A DNA stretch of 64,000 bases from Auanema rhodensis (GCA_964057225.1 OZ059899.1:4092001-4156000), one strand, 5' to 3'; counted from the first letter of the stretch, positions 1-13,200 are shown. Notes: generated by a model from the sequence alone, not told the origin. Made by a program: numbers and translations.

Positions 1-66
1 TTTTAAGCTGCGTCGATCTGTGTTATCAGATTTGCGCTAGCTTAAAAATGCACCGAGATATCAACT

Positions 67-88
67 GATATAAGTTCACACTTATATC
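67..88. repeat. Inverted repeat 2 of the monomer (perfect 9-bp arms, 4-nt loop; representative copy)
   Basis: gatataagt (67-75), loop tcac, acttatatc (80-88). The flanking cgag (54-57) and ctcg (89-92) can also pair. Confidence 0.92.
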
Positions 89-162
89 CTCGATTTTCAC
101 CCTGAAGAATTAATTTTTTCGTTGAATAACATTGTCCATCGTCTTTGCCTTGAAAAAAGGAA

Positions 163-234
163 TCTAAAAACATCTACTTTTTGCTAAATTATTTTGAAAT
201 TTTTCGAAAAAATTTTTGTCAAAATGTTTTTGGA
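163..234. repeat. Inverted repeat 3 of the monomer: nested AT-rich palindrome centred on tttttcgaaaaa (representative copy)
   Basis: Perfect 12-bp palindrome at 200-211. attttga (191-197) pairs with tcaaaat (219-225), and tctaaaaacat (163-173) pairs with atgtttttgga (224-234) at 10 of 11 positions. Confidence 0.8.
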
Positions 235-238
235 AGCA

Positions 239-266
239 ATGTTGAGTGTACATGGAAACTCAACAT
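239..266. repeat. Inverted repeat 4 of the monomer (perfect 9-bp arms, 10-nt loop; representative copy)
   Basis: atgttgagt (239-247), loop gtacatggaa, actcaacat (258-266). I saw no variant inside it in any copy. Confidence 0.92.
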
Positions 267-349
267 ACACTAATGCATCATTTTTCAAACGATCATAACT
301 AATTTTTGTATTAAGCGTTTCTCAATGTAGTATAGTGCATTCGATGCGG

Positions 350-400
350 ATTTTTAAGCTGCGTCGATCTGTGTTATCAGATTTGCGCTAGCTTAAAAAT
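350..400. repeat. Inverted repeat 1 of the monomer (imperfect ~22-bp arms, 6-nt loop; representative copy)
   Basis: atttttaagct (350-360) is the exact reverse complement of agcttaaaaat (390-400). The inner pairs gcg/cgc and atctg/cagat close the loop tgttat. Confidence 0.92.
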
Positions 401-702
401 GCACCGAGATATCAACTGATATAAGTTCACACTTATATCCTCGATTTTCACCCTGAAGAATTAATTTTTTCGTTGAATAACATTGTCCATCGTCTTTGCC
501 TTGAAAAAAGGAATCTAAAAACATCTACTTTTTGCTAAATTATTTTGAAATTTTTCGAAAAAATTTTTGTCAAAATGTTTTTGGAAGCAATGTTGAGTGT
601 ACATGGAAACTCAACATACACTAATGCATCATTTTTCAAACGATCATAACTAATTTTTGTATTAAGCGTTTCTCAATGTAGTATAGTGCATTCGATGCGG
701 AT

Positions 703-3700
703 TTTTAAGCTGCGTCGATCTGTGTTATCAGATTTGCGCTAGCTTAAAAATGCACCGAGATATCAACTGATATAAGTTCACACTTATATCCTCGATTTTC
801 ACCCTGAAGAATTAATTTTTTCGTTGAATAACATTGTCCATCGTCTTTGCCTTGAAAAAAGGAATCTAAAAACATCTACTTTTTGCTAAATTATTTTGAA
901 ATTTTTCGAAAAAATTTTTGTCAAAATGTTTTTGGAAGCAATGTTGAGTGTACATGGAAACTCAACATACACTAATGCATCATTTTTCAAACGATCATAA
1001 CTAATTTTTGTATTAAGCGTTTCTCAATGTAGTATAGTGCATTCGATGCGGATTTTTAAGCTGCGTCGATCTGTGTTATCAGATTTGCGCTAGCTTAAAA
1101 ATGCACCAAGATATCAACTGATATAAGTTCACACTTATATCCTCGATTTTCACCCTGAAGAATTAATTTTTTCGTTGAATAACATTGTCCATCGTCTTTG
1201 CCTTGAAAAAAGGAATCTAAAAACATCTACTTTTTGCTAAATTATTTTGAAATTTTTCGAAAAAATTTTTGTCAAAATGTTTTTGGAAGCAATGTTGAGT
1301 GTACATGGAAACTCAACATACACTAATGCATCATTTTTCAAACGATCATAACTAATTTTTGTATTAAGCGTTTCTCAATGTAGTATAGTGCATTCGATGC
1401 GAATTTTTAAGCTGCGTCGTTCTGTGTTATCAGATTTGCGCTAGCTTAAAAATGCACCGAGATATCAACTGATATAAGTTCACACTTATATCCTCGATTT
1501 TCACCCTGAAGAATTAATTTTTTCGTTGAATAACATTGTCCATCGTCTTTGCCTTGAAAAATGGAATCTAAAAACATCTACTTTTTGCTAAATTATTTCG
1601 AAATTTTTCGAAAAAATTTTTGTCAAAATGTTTTTGGAAGCAATGTTGAGTGTACATGGAAACTCAACATACACTAATGCATCATTTTTCAAACGATCAT
1701 AACTAATTTTTGTATTAAGCGTTTCTCAATGTAGTATAGTGCATTCGATGCGAATTTTTAAGCTGCGTCGTTCTGTGTTATCAGATTTGCGCTAGCTTAA
1801 AAATGCACCGAGATATCAACTGATATAAGTTTACACTTATATCCTCGATTTTCACCCTGAAGAATTAATTTTTTCGTTGAATAACTTTGTCCATCGTCTT
1901 TGCCTTGAAAAAAGGAATCTAAAAACATCTACTTTTCGCTAAATTATTTTGAAATTTTTCGAAAAAATTTTTGTCAAAATGTTTTTGGAAGCAATGTTGA
2001 GTGTACATGGAAACTCAACATACACTAATGCATCATTTTTCAAACGATCATAACTAATTTTTGTATTAAGCGTTTCTCAATGTAGTATAGTGCATTCGAT
2101 GCGAATTTTTAAGCTGCGTCGTTCTGTGTTATCAGATTTGCGCTAGCTTAAAAATGCACCGAGATATCAACTGATATAAGTTCACACTTATATCCTCGAT
2201 TTTCACCCTGAAGAATTAATTTTTTCGTTGAATAACATTGTCCATCGTCTTTGCCTTGAAAAAAGGAATCTAAAAACATCTACTTTTTGCTAAATTATTT
2301 TGAAATTTTTCGAAAAAATTTTTGTCAAAATGTTTTTGGAAGCAATGTTGAGTGTACATGGAAACTCAACATACACTAATGCATCATTTTTCAAACGATC
2401 ATAACTAATTTTTGTATTAAGCGTTTCTCAATGTAGTATAGTGCATTCGATGCGGATTTTTAAGCTGCGTCGATCTGTGTTATCAGATTTGCGCTAGCTT
2501 AAAAATGCACCGAGATATCAACTGATATAAGTTCACACTTATATCCTCGATTTTCACCCTGAAGAATTAATTTTTTCGTTGAATAACATTGTCCATCGTC
2601 TTTGCCTTGAAAAAAGGAATCTAAAAACATCTACTTTTTGCTAAATTATTTTGAAATTTTTCGAAAAAATTTTTGTCAAAATGTTTTTGGAAGCAATGTT
2701 GAGTGTACATGGAAACTCAACATACACTAATGCATCATTTTTCAAACGATCATAACTAATTTTTGTATTAAGCGTTTCTCAATGTAGTATAGTGCATTCG
2801 ATGCGGATTTTTAAGCTGCGTCGATCTGTGTTATCAGATTTGCGCTAGCTTAAAAATGCACCAAGATATCAACTGATATAAGTTCACACTTATATCCTCG
2901 ATTTTCACCCTGAAGAATTAATTTTTTCGTTGAATAACATTGTCCATCGTCTTTGCCTTGAAAAAAGGAATCTAAAAACATCTACTTTTTGCTAAATTAT
3001 TTTGAAATTTTTCGAAAAAATTTTTGTCAAAATGTTTTTGGAAGCAATGTTGAGTGTACATGGAAACTCAACATACACTAATGCATCATTTTTCAAACGA
3101 TCATAACTAATTTTTGTATTAAGCGTTTCTCAATGTAGTATAGTGCATTCGATGCGAATTTTTAAGCTGCGTCGTTCTGTGTTATCAGATTTGCGCTAGC
3201 TTAAAAATGCACCGAGATATCAACTGATATAAGTTCACACTTATATCCTCGATTTTCACCCTGAAGAATTAATTTTTTCGTTGAATAACATTGTCCATCG
3301 TCTTTGCCTTGAAAAATGGAATCTAAAAACATCTACTTTTTGCTAAATTATTTCGAAATTTTTCGAAAAAATTTTTGTCAAAATGTTTTTGGAAGCAATG
3401 TTGAGTGTACATGGAAACTCAACATACACTAATGCATCATTTTTCAAACGATCATAACTAATTTTTGTATTAAGCGTTTCTCAATGTAGTATAGTGCATT
3501 CGATGCGAATTTTTAAGCTGCGTCGTTCTGTGTTATCAGATTTGCGCTAGCTTAAAAATGCACCGAGATATCAACTGATATAAGTTTACACTTATATCCT
3601 CGATTTTCACCCTGAAGAATTAATTTTTTCGTTGAATAACTTTGTCCATCGTCTTTGCCTTGAAAAAAGGAATCTAAAAACATCTACTTTTCGCTAAATT

Positions 3701-4212
3701 ATTTTGAAATTTTTCGAAAAAATTTTTGTCAAAATGTTTTTGGAAGCAATGTTGAGTGTACATGGAAACTCAACATACACTAATGCATCATTTTTCAAAC
3801 GATCATAACTAATTTTTGTATTAAGCGTTTCTCAATGTAGTATAGTGCATTCGATGCGAATTTTTAAGCTGCGTCGTTCTGTGTTATCAGATTTGCGCTA
3901 GCTTAAAAATGCACCGAGATATCAACTGATATAAGTTCACACTTATATCCTCGATTTTCACCCTGAAGAATTAATTTTTTCGTTGAATAACATTGTCCAT
4001 CGTCTTTGCCTTGAAAAAAGGAATCTAAAAACATCTACTTTTTGCTAAATTATTTCGAAATTTTTCGAAAAAATTTTTGTCAAAATGTTTTTGGAAGCAA
4101 TGTTGAGTGTACATGGAAACTCAACATACACTAATGCATCATTTTTCAAACGATCATAACTAATTTTTGTATTAAGCATTTCTCAATGTAGTATAGTGCA
4201 TTCGATGCGGAT
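703..4212. repeat. Local 5-monomer (1755-bp) tandem duplication, M3-M7 / M8-M12
   Basis: The variant series consensus; g55a+g349a; a16t+a158t+t195c; a16t+c77t+a131t+t182c; a16t is repeated at 1755-bp offset. Confidence 0.85.
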
Positions 4213-7200
4213 TTTTAAGCTGCGTCGATCTGTGTTATCAGATTTGCGCTAGCTTAAAAATGCACCAAGATATCAACTGATATAAGTTCACACTTATATC
4301 CTCGATTTTCACCCTGAAGAATTAATTTTTTCGTTGAATAACATTGTCCATCGTCTTTGCCTTGAAAAAAGGAATCTAAAAACATCTACTTTTTGCTAAA
4401 TTATTTTGAAATTTCTCGAAAAAATTTTTGTCAAAATGTTTTTGGAAGCAATGTTGAGTGTACATGGAAACTCAACATACACTAATGCATCATTTTTCAA
4501 ACGATCATAACTAATTTTTGTATTAAGCATTTCTCAATGTAGTATAGTGCATTCGATGCGGATTTTTAAGCTGCGTCGATCTGTGTTATCAGATTTGCGC
4601 TAGCTTAAAAAAGCACCAAGATATCAACTGATATAAGTTCACACTTATATCCTCGATTTTCACCCTGAAGAATTAATTTTTTCGTTGAATAACATTGTCC
4701 ATCGTCTTTGCCTTGAAAAAAGGAATCTAAAAACATCTACTTTTTGCTAAATTATTTTGAAATTTCTCGAAAAAATTTTTGTCAAAATGTTTTTGGAAGC
4801 AATGTTGAGTGTACATGGAAACTCAACATACACTAATGCATCATTTTTCAAACGATCATAACTAATTTTTGTATTAAGCGTTTCTCAATGTAGTATAGTG
4901 CATTCGATGCGGATTTTGAAGCTGCGTCGATCTGTGTTATCAGATTTGCGCTAGCTTAAAAATGCACCGAGATATCAACTGATATAAGTTCACACTTATA
5001 TCCTCGATTTTCACCCTGAAGAATTAATTTTTTCGTTGAATAACATTGTCCATCGTCTTTGCCTTGAAAAATGGAATCTAAAAACATCTACTTTTCGCTA
5101 AATTATTTCGAAATTTTTCGAAAAAATTTTTGTCAAAATGTTTTTGGAAGCAATGTTGAGTGTACATGGAAACTCAACATACACTAATGCATCATTTTTC
5201 AAACGATCATAACTAATTTTTGTATTAAGCGTTTCTCAATGTAGTATAATGCATTCGATGCGGATTTTTAAGCTGCGTCGATCTGTGTTATCAGATTTGC
5301 GCTAGCTTAAAAATGCACCGAGATATCAACTGATATAAGTTTACACTTATATCCTGGATTTTCACCCTGAAGAATTAATTTTTTCGTTGAATAACTTTGT
5401 CCATCGTCTTTGCCTTGAAAAAAGGAATCTAAAAACATCTACTTTTCGCTAAATTATTTTGAAATTTTTCGAAAAAATTTTTGTCAAAATGTTTTTGGAA
5501 GCAATGTTGAGTGTACATGGAAACTCAACATACACTAATGCATCATTTTTCAAACGATCATAACTAATTTTTGTATTAAGCGTTTCTCAATGTAGTATAG
5601 TGCATTCGATGCGAATTTTTAAGCTGCGTCGTTCTGTGTTATCAGATTTGCGCTAGCTTAAAAATGCACCGATATATCAACTGATATAAGTTCACACTTA
5701 TATCCTCGATTTTCACCCTGAAGAATTAATTTTTTCGTTGAATAACATTGTCCATCGTCTTTGCCTTGAAAAAAGGAATCTAAAAACATCTACTTTTTGC
5801 TAAATTATTTTGAAATTTTTCGAAAAAATTTTTGTCAAAATGTTTTTGGAAGCAATGTTGAGTGTACATGGAAACTCAACATACACTAATGCATCATTTT
5901 TCAAACGATCATAACTAATTTTTGTATTAAGCATTACTCAATGTAGTATAGTGCATTCGATGCGGATTTTTAAGCTGCGTCGATCTGTGTTATCAGATTT
6001 GCGCTAGCTTAAAAATGCACCAAGATATCAACTGATATAAGTTCACACTTATATCCTCGATTTTCACCCTGAAGAATTAATTTTTTCGTTGAATAACATT
6101 GTCCATCGTCTTTGCCTTGAAAAAAGGAATCTAAAAACATCTACTTTTTGCTAAATTATTTTGAAATTTCTCGAAAAAATTTTTGTCAAAATGTTTTTGG
6201 AAGCAATGTTGAGTGTACATGGAAACTCAACATACACTAATGCATCATTTTTCAAACGATCATAACTAATTTTTGTATTAAGCATTTCTCAATGTAGTAT
6301 AGTGCATTCGATGCGAATTTTTAAGCTGCGTCGTTCTGTGTTATCAGATTTGCGCTAGCTTAAAAATGCACCAAGATATCAACTGATATAAGTTCACACT
6401 TATATCCTCGATTTTCACCCTGAAGAATTAATTTTTTCGTTGAATAACATTGTCCATCGTCTTTGCCTTGAAAAAAGGAATCTAAAAACATCTACTTTTT
6501 GCTAAATTATTTTGAAATTTCTCGAAAAAATTTTTGTCAAAATGTTTTTGGAAGCAATGTTGAGTGTACATGGAAACTCAACATACACTAATGCATCATT
6601 TTTCAAACGATCATAACTAATTTTTGTATTAAGCGTTTCTCAATGTAGTATAGTGCATTCGATGCGGATTTTGAAGCTGCGTCGATCTGTGTTATCAGAT
6701 TTGCGCTAGCTTAAAAATGCACCGAGATATCAACTGATATAAGTTCACACTTATATCCTCGATTTTCACCCTGAAGAATTAATTTTTTCGTTGAATAACA
6801 TTGTCCATCGTCTTTGCCTTGAAAAATGGAATCTAAAAACATCTACTTTTTGCTAAATTATTTCGAAATTTTTCGAAAAAATTTTTGTCAAAATGTTTTT
6901 GGAAGCAATGTTGAGTGTACATGGAAACTCAACATACACTAATGCATCATTTTTCAAACGATCATAACTAATTTTTGTATTAAGCGTTTCTCAATGTAGT
7001 ATAGTGCATTCGATGCGAATTTTTAAGCTGCGTCGTTCTGTGTTATCAGATTTGCGCTAGCTTAAAAATGCACCGAGATATCAACTGATATAAGTTTACA
7101 CTTATATCCTCGATTTTCACCCTGAAGAATTAATTTTTTCGTTGAATAACTTTGTCCATCGTCTTTGCCTTGAAAAAAGGAATCTAAAAACATCTACTTT

Positions 7201-10200
7201 TTGCTAAATTATTTTGAAATTTTTCGAAAAAATTTTTGTCAAAATGTTTTTGGAAGCAATGTTGAGTGTACATGGAAACTCAACATACACTAATGCATCA
7301 TTTTTCAAACGATCATAACTAATTTTTGTATTAAGCGTTTCTCAATGTAGTATAGTGCATTCGATGCGGATTTTTAAGCTGCGTCGATCTGTGTTATCAG
7401 ATTTGCGCTAGCTTAAAAATGCACCGAGATATCAACTGATATAAGTTCACACTTATATCCTCGATTTTCACCCTGAAGAATTAATTTTTTCGTTGAATAA
7501 CATTGTCCATCGTCTTTGCCTTGAAAAAAGGAATCTAAAAACATCTACTTTTTGCTAAATTATTTTGAAATTTTTCGAAAAAATTTTTGTCAAAATGTTT
7601 TTGGAAGCAATGTTGAGTGTACATGGAAACTCAACATACACTAATGCATCATTTTTCAAACGATCATAACTAATTTTTGTATTAAGCGTTTCTCAATGTA
7701 GTATAGTGCATTCGATGCGGATTTTTAAGCTGCGTCGATCTGTGTTATCAGATTTGCGCTAGCTTAAAAAAGCACCAAGATATCAACTGATATAAGTTCA
7801 CACTTATATCCTCGATTTTCACCCTGAAGAATTAATTTTTTCGTTGAATAACATTGTCCATCGTCTTTGCCTTGAAAAAAGGAATCTAAAAACATCTACT
7901 TTTTGCTAAATTATTTTGAAATTTCTCGAAAAAATTTTTGTCAAAATGTTTTTGGAAGCAATGTTGAGTGTACATGGAAACTCAACATACACTAATGCAT
8001 CATTTTTCAAACGATCATAACTAATTTTTGTATTAAGCGTTTCTCAATGTAGTATAGTGCATTCGATGCGGATTTTGAAGCTGCGTCGATCTGTGTTATC
8101 AGATTTGCGCTAGCTTAAAAATGCACCGAGATATCAACTGATATAAGTTCACACTTATATCCTCGATTTTCACCCTGAAGAATTAATTTTTTCGTTGAAT
8201 AACATTGTCCATCGTCTTTGCCTTGAAAAATGGAATCTAAAAACATCTACTTTTTGCTAAATTATTTCGAAATTTTTCGAAAAAATTTTTGTCAAAATGT
8301 TTTTGGAAGCAATGTTGAGTGTACATGGAAACTCAACATACACTAATGCATCATTTTTCAAACGATCATAACTAATTTTTGTATTGAGCGTTTCTCAATG
8401 TAGTATAGTGCATTCGATGCGAATTTTTAAGCTGCGTCGTTCTGTGTTATCAGATTTGCGCTAGCTTAAAAATGCACCGAGATATCAACTGATATAAGTT
8501 TACACTTATATCCTCGATTTTCACCCTGAAGAATTAATTTTTTCGTTGAATAACTTTGTCCATCGTCTTTGCCTTGAAAAAAGAAATCTAAAAACATCTA
8601 CTTTTTGCTAAATTATTTTGAAATTTTTCGAAAAAATTTTTGTCAAAATGTTTTTGGAAGCAATGTTGAGTGTACATGGAAACTCAACATACACTAATGC
8701 ATCATTTTTCAAACGATCATAACTAATTTTTGTATTAAGCGTTTCTCAATGTAGTATAGTGCATTCGATGCGGATTTTTAAGCTGCGTCGATCTGTGTTA
8801 TCAGATTTGCGCTAGCTTAAAAATGCACCGAGATATCAACTGATATAAGTTCACACTTATATCCTCGATTTTCACCCTGAAGAATTAATTTTTTCGTTGA
8901 ATAACATTGTCCATCGTCTTTGCCTTGAAAAAAGGAATCTAAAAACATCTACTTTTTGCTAAATTATTTTGAAATTTTTCGAAAAAATTTTTGTCAAAAT
9001 GTTTTTGGAAGCAATGTTGAGTGTACATGGAAACTCAACATACACTAATGCATCATTTTTCAAACGATCATAACTAATTTTTGTATTAAGCGTTTCTCAA
9101 TGTAGTATAGTGCATTCGATGCGGATTTTTAAGCTGCGTCGTTCTGTGTTATCAGATTTGCGCTAGCTTAAAAATGCACCGAGATATCAACTGATATAAG
9201 TTTACACTTATATCCTCGATTTTCACCCTGAAGAATTAATTTTTTCGTTGAATAACTTTGTCCATCGTCTTTGCCTTGAAAAAAGGAATCTAAAAACATC
9301 TACTTTTTGCTAAATTATTTTGAAATTTTTCGAAAAAATTTTTGTCAAAATGTTTTTGGAAGCAATGTTGAGTGTACATGGAAACTCAACATACACTAAT
9401 GCATCATTTTTCAAACGATCATAACTAATTTTTGTATTAAGCGTTTCTCAATGTAGTATAGTGCATTCGATGCGGATTTTTAAGCTGCGTCGATCTGTGT
9501 TATCCGATTTGCGCTAGCTTAAAAATGCACCGAGATATCAACTGATATAAGTTTACACTTATATCCTCGATTTTCACCCTGAAGAATTAATTTTTTCGTT
9601 GAATAACTTTGTCCATCGTCTTTGCCTTGAAAAAAGGAATCTAAAAACATCTACTTTTTGCTAAATTATTTTGAAATTTTTCGAAAAAATTTTTGTCAAA
9701 ATGTTTTTGGAAGCAATGTTGAGTGTACATGGAAACTCAACATACACTAATGCATCATTTTTCAAACGATCATAACTAATTTTTGTATTAAGCGTTTCTC
9801 AATGTAGTATAGTGCATTCGATGCGGATTTTTAAGCTGCGTCGATCTGTGTTATCCGATTTGCGCTAGCTTAAAAATGCACCGAGATATCAACTGATATA
9901 AGTTCACACTTATATCCTCGATTTTCACCCTGAAGAATTAATTTTTTCGTTGAATAACATTGTCCATCGTCTTTGCCTTGAAAAAAGGAATCTAAAAACA
10001 TCTACTTTTTGCTAAATTATTTTGAAATTTTTCGAAAAAATTTTTGTCAAAATGTTTTTGGAAGCAATGTTGAGTGTACATGGAAACTCAACATACACTA
10101 ATGCATCATTTTTCAAACGATCATAACTAATTTTTGTATTAAGCGTTTCTCAATGTAGTATAGTGCATTCGATGCGGATTTTTAAGCTGCGTCGATCTGT

Positions 10201-13200
10201 GTTATCAGATTTGCGCTAGCTTAAAAATGCACCGAGATATCAACTGATATAAGTTCACACTTATATCCTCGATTTTCACCCTGAAGAATTAATTTTTTCG
10301 TTGAATAACATTGTCCATCGTCTTTGCCTTGAAAAAAGGAATCTAAAAACATCTACTTTTTGCTAAATTATTTTGAAATTTTTCGAAAAAATTTTTGTCA
10401 AAATGTTTTTGGAAGCAATGTTGAGTGTACATGGAAACTCAACATACACTAATGCATCATTTTTCAAACGATCATAACTAATTTTTGTATTAAGCGTTTC
10501 TCAATGTAGTATAGTGCATTCGATGCGGATTTTTAAGCTGCGTCGATCTGTGTTATCAGATTTGCGCTAGCTTAAAAAAGCACCAAGATATCAACTGATA
10601 TAAGTTCACACTTATATCCTCGATTTTCACCCTGAAGAATTAATTTTTTCGTTGAATAACATTGTCCATCGTCTTTGCCTTGAAAAAAGGAATCTAAAAA
10701 CATCTACTTTTTGCTAAATTATTTTGAAATTTCTCGAAAAAATTTTTGTCAAAATGTTTTTGGAAGCAATGTTGAGTGTACATGGAAACTCAACATACAC
10801 TAATGCATCATTTTTCAAACGATCATAACTAATTTTTGTATTAAGCGTTTCTCAATGTAGTATAGTGCATTCGATGCGAATTTTTAAGCTGCGTCGTTCT
10901 GTGTTATCAGATTTGCGCTAGCTTAAAAATGCACCGAGATATCAACTGATATAAGTTTACACTTATATCCTCGATTTTCACCCTGAAGAATTAATTTTTT
11001 CGTTGAATAACTTTGTCCATCGTCTTTGCCTTGAAAAAAGGAATCTAAAAACATCTACTTTTTGCTAAATTATTTTGAAATTTTTCGAAAAAATTTTTGT
11101 CAAAATGTTTTTGGAAGCAATGTTGAGTGTACATGGAAACTCAACATACACTAATGCATCATTTTTCAAACGATCATAACTAATTTTTGTATTAAGCGTT
11201 TCTCAATGTAGTATAGTGCATTCGATGCGGATTTTTAAGCTGCGTCGATCTGTGTTATCAGATTTGCGCTAGCTTAAAAATGCACCGAGATATCAACTGA
11301 TATAAGTTCACACTTATATCCTCGATTTTCACCCTGAAGAATTAATTTTTTCGTTGAATAACATTGTCCATCGTCTTTGCCTTGAAAAAAGGAATCTAAA
11401 AACATCTACTTTTTGCTAAATTATTTTGAAATTTTTCGAAAAAATTTTTGTCAAAATGTTTTTGGAAGCAATGTTGAGTGTACATGGAAACTCAACATAC
11501 ACTAATGCATCATTTTTCAAACGATCATAACTAATTTTTGTATTAAGCGTTTCTCAATGTAGTATAGTGCATTCGATGCGGATTTTTAAGCTGCGTCGAT
11601 CTGTGTTATCAGATTTGCGCTAGCTTAAAAATGCACCGAGATATCAACTGATATAAGTTTACACTTATATCCTCGATTTTCACCCTGAAGAATTAATTTT
11701 TTCGTTGAATAACTTTGTCCATCGTCTTTGCCTTGAAAAAAGGAATCTAAAAACATCTACTTTTCGCTAAATTATTTTGAAATTTTTCGAAAAAATTTTT
11801 GTCAAAATGTTTTTGGAAGCAATGTTGAGTGTACATGGAAACTCAACATACCCTAATGCATCATTTTTCAAACGATCATAACTAATTTTTGTATTAAGCG
11901 TTTCTCAATGTAGTATAGTGCATTCGATGCGAATTTTTAAGCTGCGTCGTTCTGTGTTATCAGATTTGCGCTAGCTTAAAAATGCACCGAGATATCAACT
12001 GATATAAGTTCACACTTATATCCTCGATTTTCACCCTGAAGAATTAATTTTTTCGTTGAATAACATTGTCCATCGTCTTTGCCTTGAAAAAAGGAATCTA
12101 AAAACATCTACTTTTTGCTAAATTATTTTGAAATTTCTCGAAAAAATTTTTGTCAAAATGTTTTTGGAAGCAATGTTGAGTGTACATGGAAACTCAACAT
12201 ACACTAATGCATCATTTTTCAAACGATCATAACTAATTTTTGTATTAAGCGTTTCTCAATGTAGTATAGTGCATTCGATGCGGATTTTGAAGCTGCGTCG
12301 ATCTGTGTTATCAGATTTGCGCTAGCTTAAAAATGCACCGAGATATCAACTGATATAAGTTCACACTTATATCCTCGATTTTCACCCTGAAGAATTAATT
12401 TTTTCGTTGAATAACATTGTCCATCGTCTTTGCCTTGAAAAATGGAATCTAAAAACATCTACTTTTTGCTAAATTATTTCGAAATTTTTCGAAAAAATTT
12501 TTGTCAAAATGTTTTTGGAAGCAATGTTGAGTGTACATGGAAACTCAACATACACTAATGCATCATTTTTCAAACGATCATAACTAATTTTTGTATTAAG
12601 CGTTTCTCAATGTAGTATAGTGCATTCGATGCGAATTTTTAAGCTGCGTCGTTCTGTGTTATCAGATTTGCGCTAGCTTAAAAATGCACCGAGATATCAA
12701 CTGATATAAGTTTACACTTATATCCTCGATTTTCACCCTGAAGAATTAATTTTTTCGTTGAATAACTTTGTCCATCGTCTTTGCCTTGAAAAAAGGAATC
12801 TAAAAACATCTACTTTTTGCTAAATTATTTTGAAATTTTTCGAAAAAATTTTTGTCAAAATGTTTTTGGAAGCAATGTTGAGTGTACATGGAAACTCAAC
12901 ATACACTAATGCATCATTTTTCAAACGATCATAACTAATTTTTGTATTAAGCGTTTCTCAATGTAGTAAAGTGCATTCGATGCGGATTTTTAAGCTGCGT
13001 CGATCTGTGTTATCAGATTTGCGCTAGCTTAAAAATGCACCGAGATATCAACTGATATAAGTTCACACTTATATCCTCGATTTTCACCCTGAAGAATTAA
13101 TTTTTTCGTTGAATAACATTGTCCATCGTCTTTGCCTTGAAAAAAGGAATCTAAAAACATCTACTTTTTGCTAAATTATTTTGAAATTTTTCGAAAAAAT

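Larger units (their letters stand above)
1..351. repeat. Consensus-type monomer (reference unit, arbitrary phase)
   Basis: M1, M2 and M3 are identical, and the same sequence recurs at e.g. M38-M40 (12988-14040). It has 110 G+C of 351 (~31% GC), 12 CpG, and many A/T runs of 4-6 nt. Confidence 0.97.

Noticed and set aside
117-133. tttcgttgaataacatt resembles the 5' half of the CENP-B box
   Set aside because: It lacks the essential CGGG half of the motif, so the match is compatible with chance.
102-160. ctgaaga matches the hammerhead ribozyme CUGANGA core, and hammerheads are known in newt, cave cricket and schistosome satellites
   Set aside because: No credible stem II follows. The next candidate motif is gaat rather than gaaa, and I could not build stems I and III around a cleavage triplet. 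An Infernal/Rfam search of a monomer dimer on both strands would settle it.
1-351. Monomer as a diverged dimer of ~175-bp subunits
   Set aside because: Only a short AT-rich resemblance was found (aattaatttttt at 108-119 versus aactaattttt at 297-307, offset 189). I could not align the two halves by eye.
1-351. Tandem RNA gene cluster (5S rRNA, tRNA, snRNA, SL RNA) or the Drosophila 359-bp (1.688) satellite
   Set aside because: I recognise no 5S, tRNA, snRNA or SL sequence on either strand. The similarity to the 359-bp family is limited to size and AT content, as far as I can judge without a search.
350-400. Possible compensatory covariation in hairpin 1 (linked g349a+a16t, c8t+a25t, t33c+g50t)
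   Set aside because: The linked changes do not sit at paired positions, and a16t, t4g and t49a break pairs. The linkage is explained by physical proximity and shared descent.
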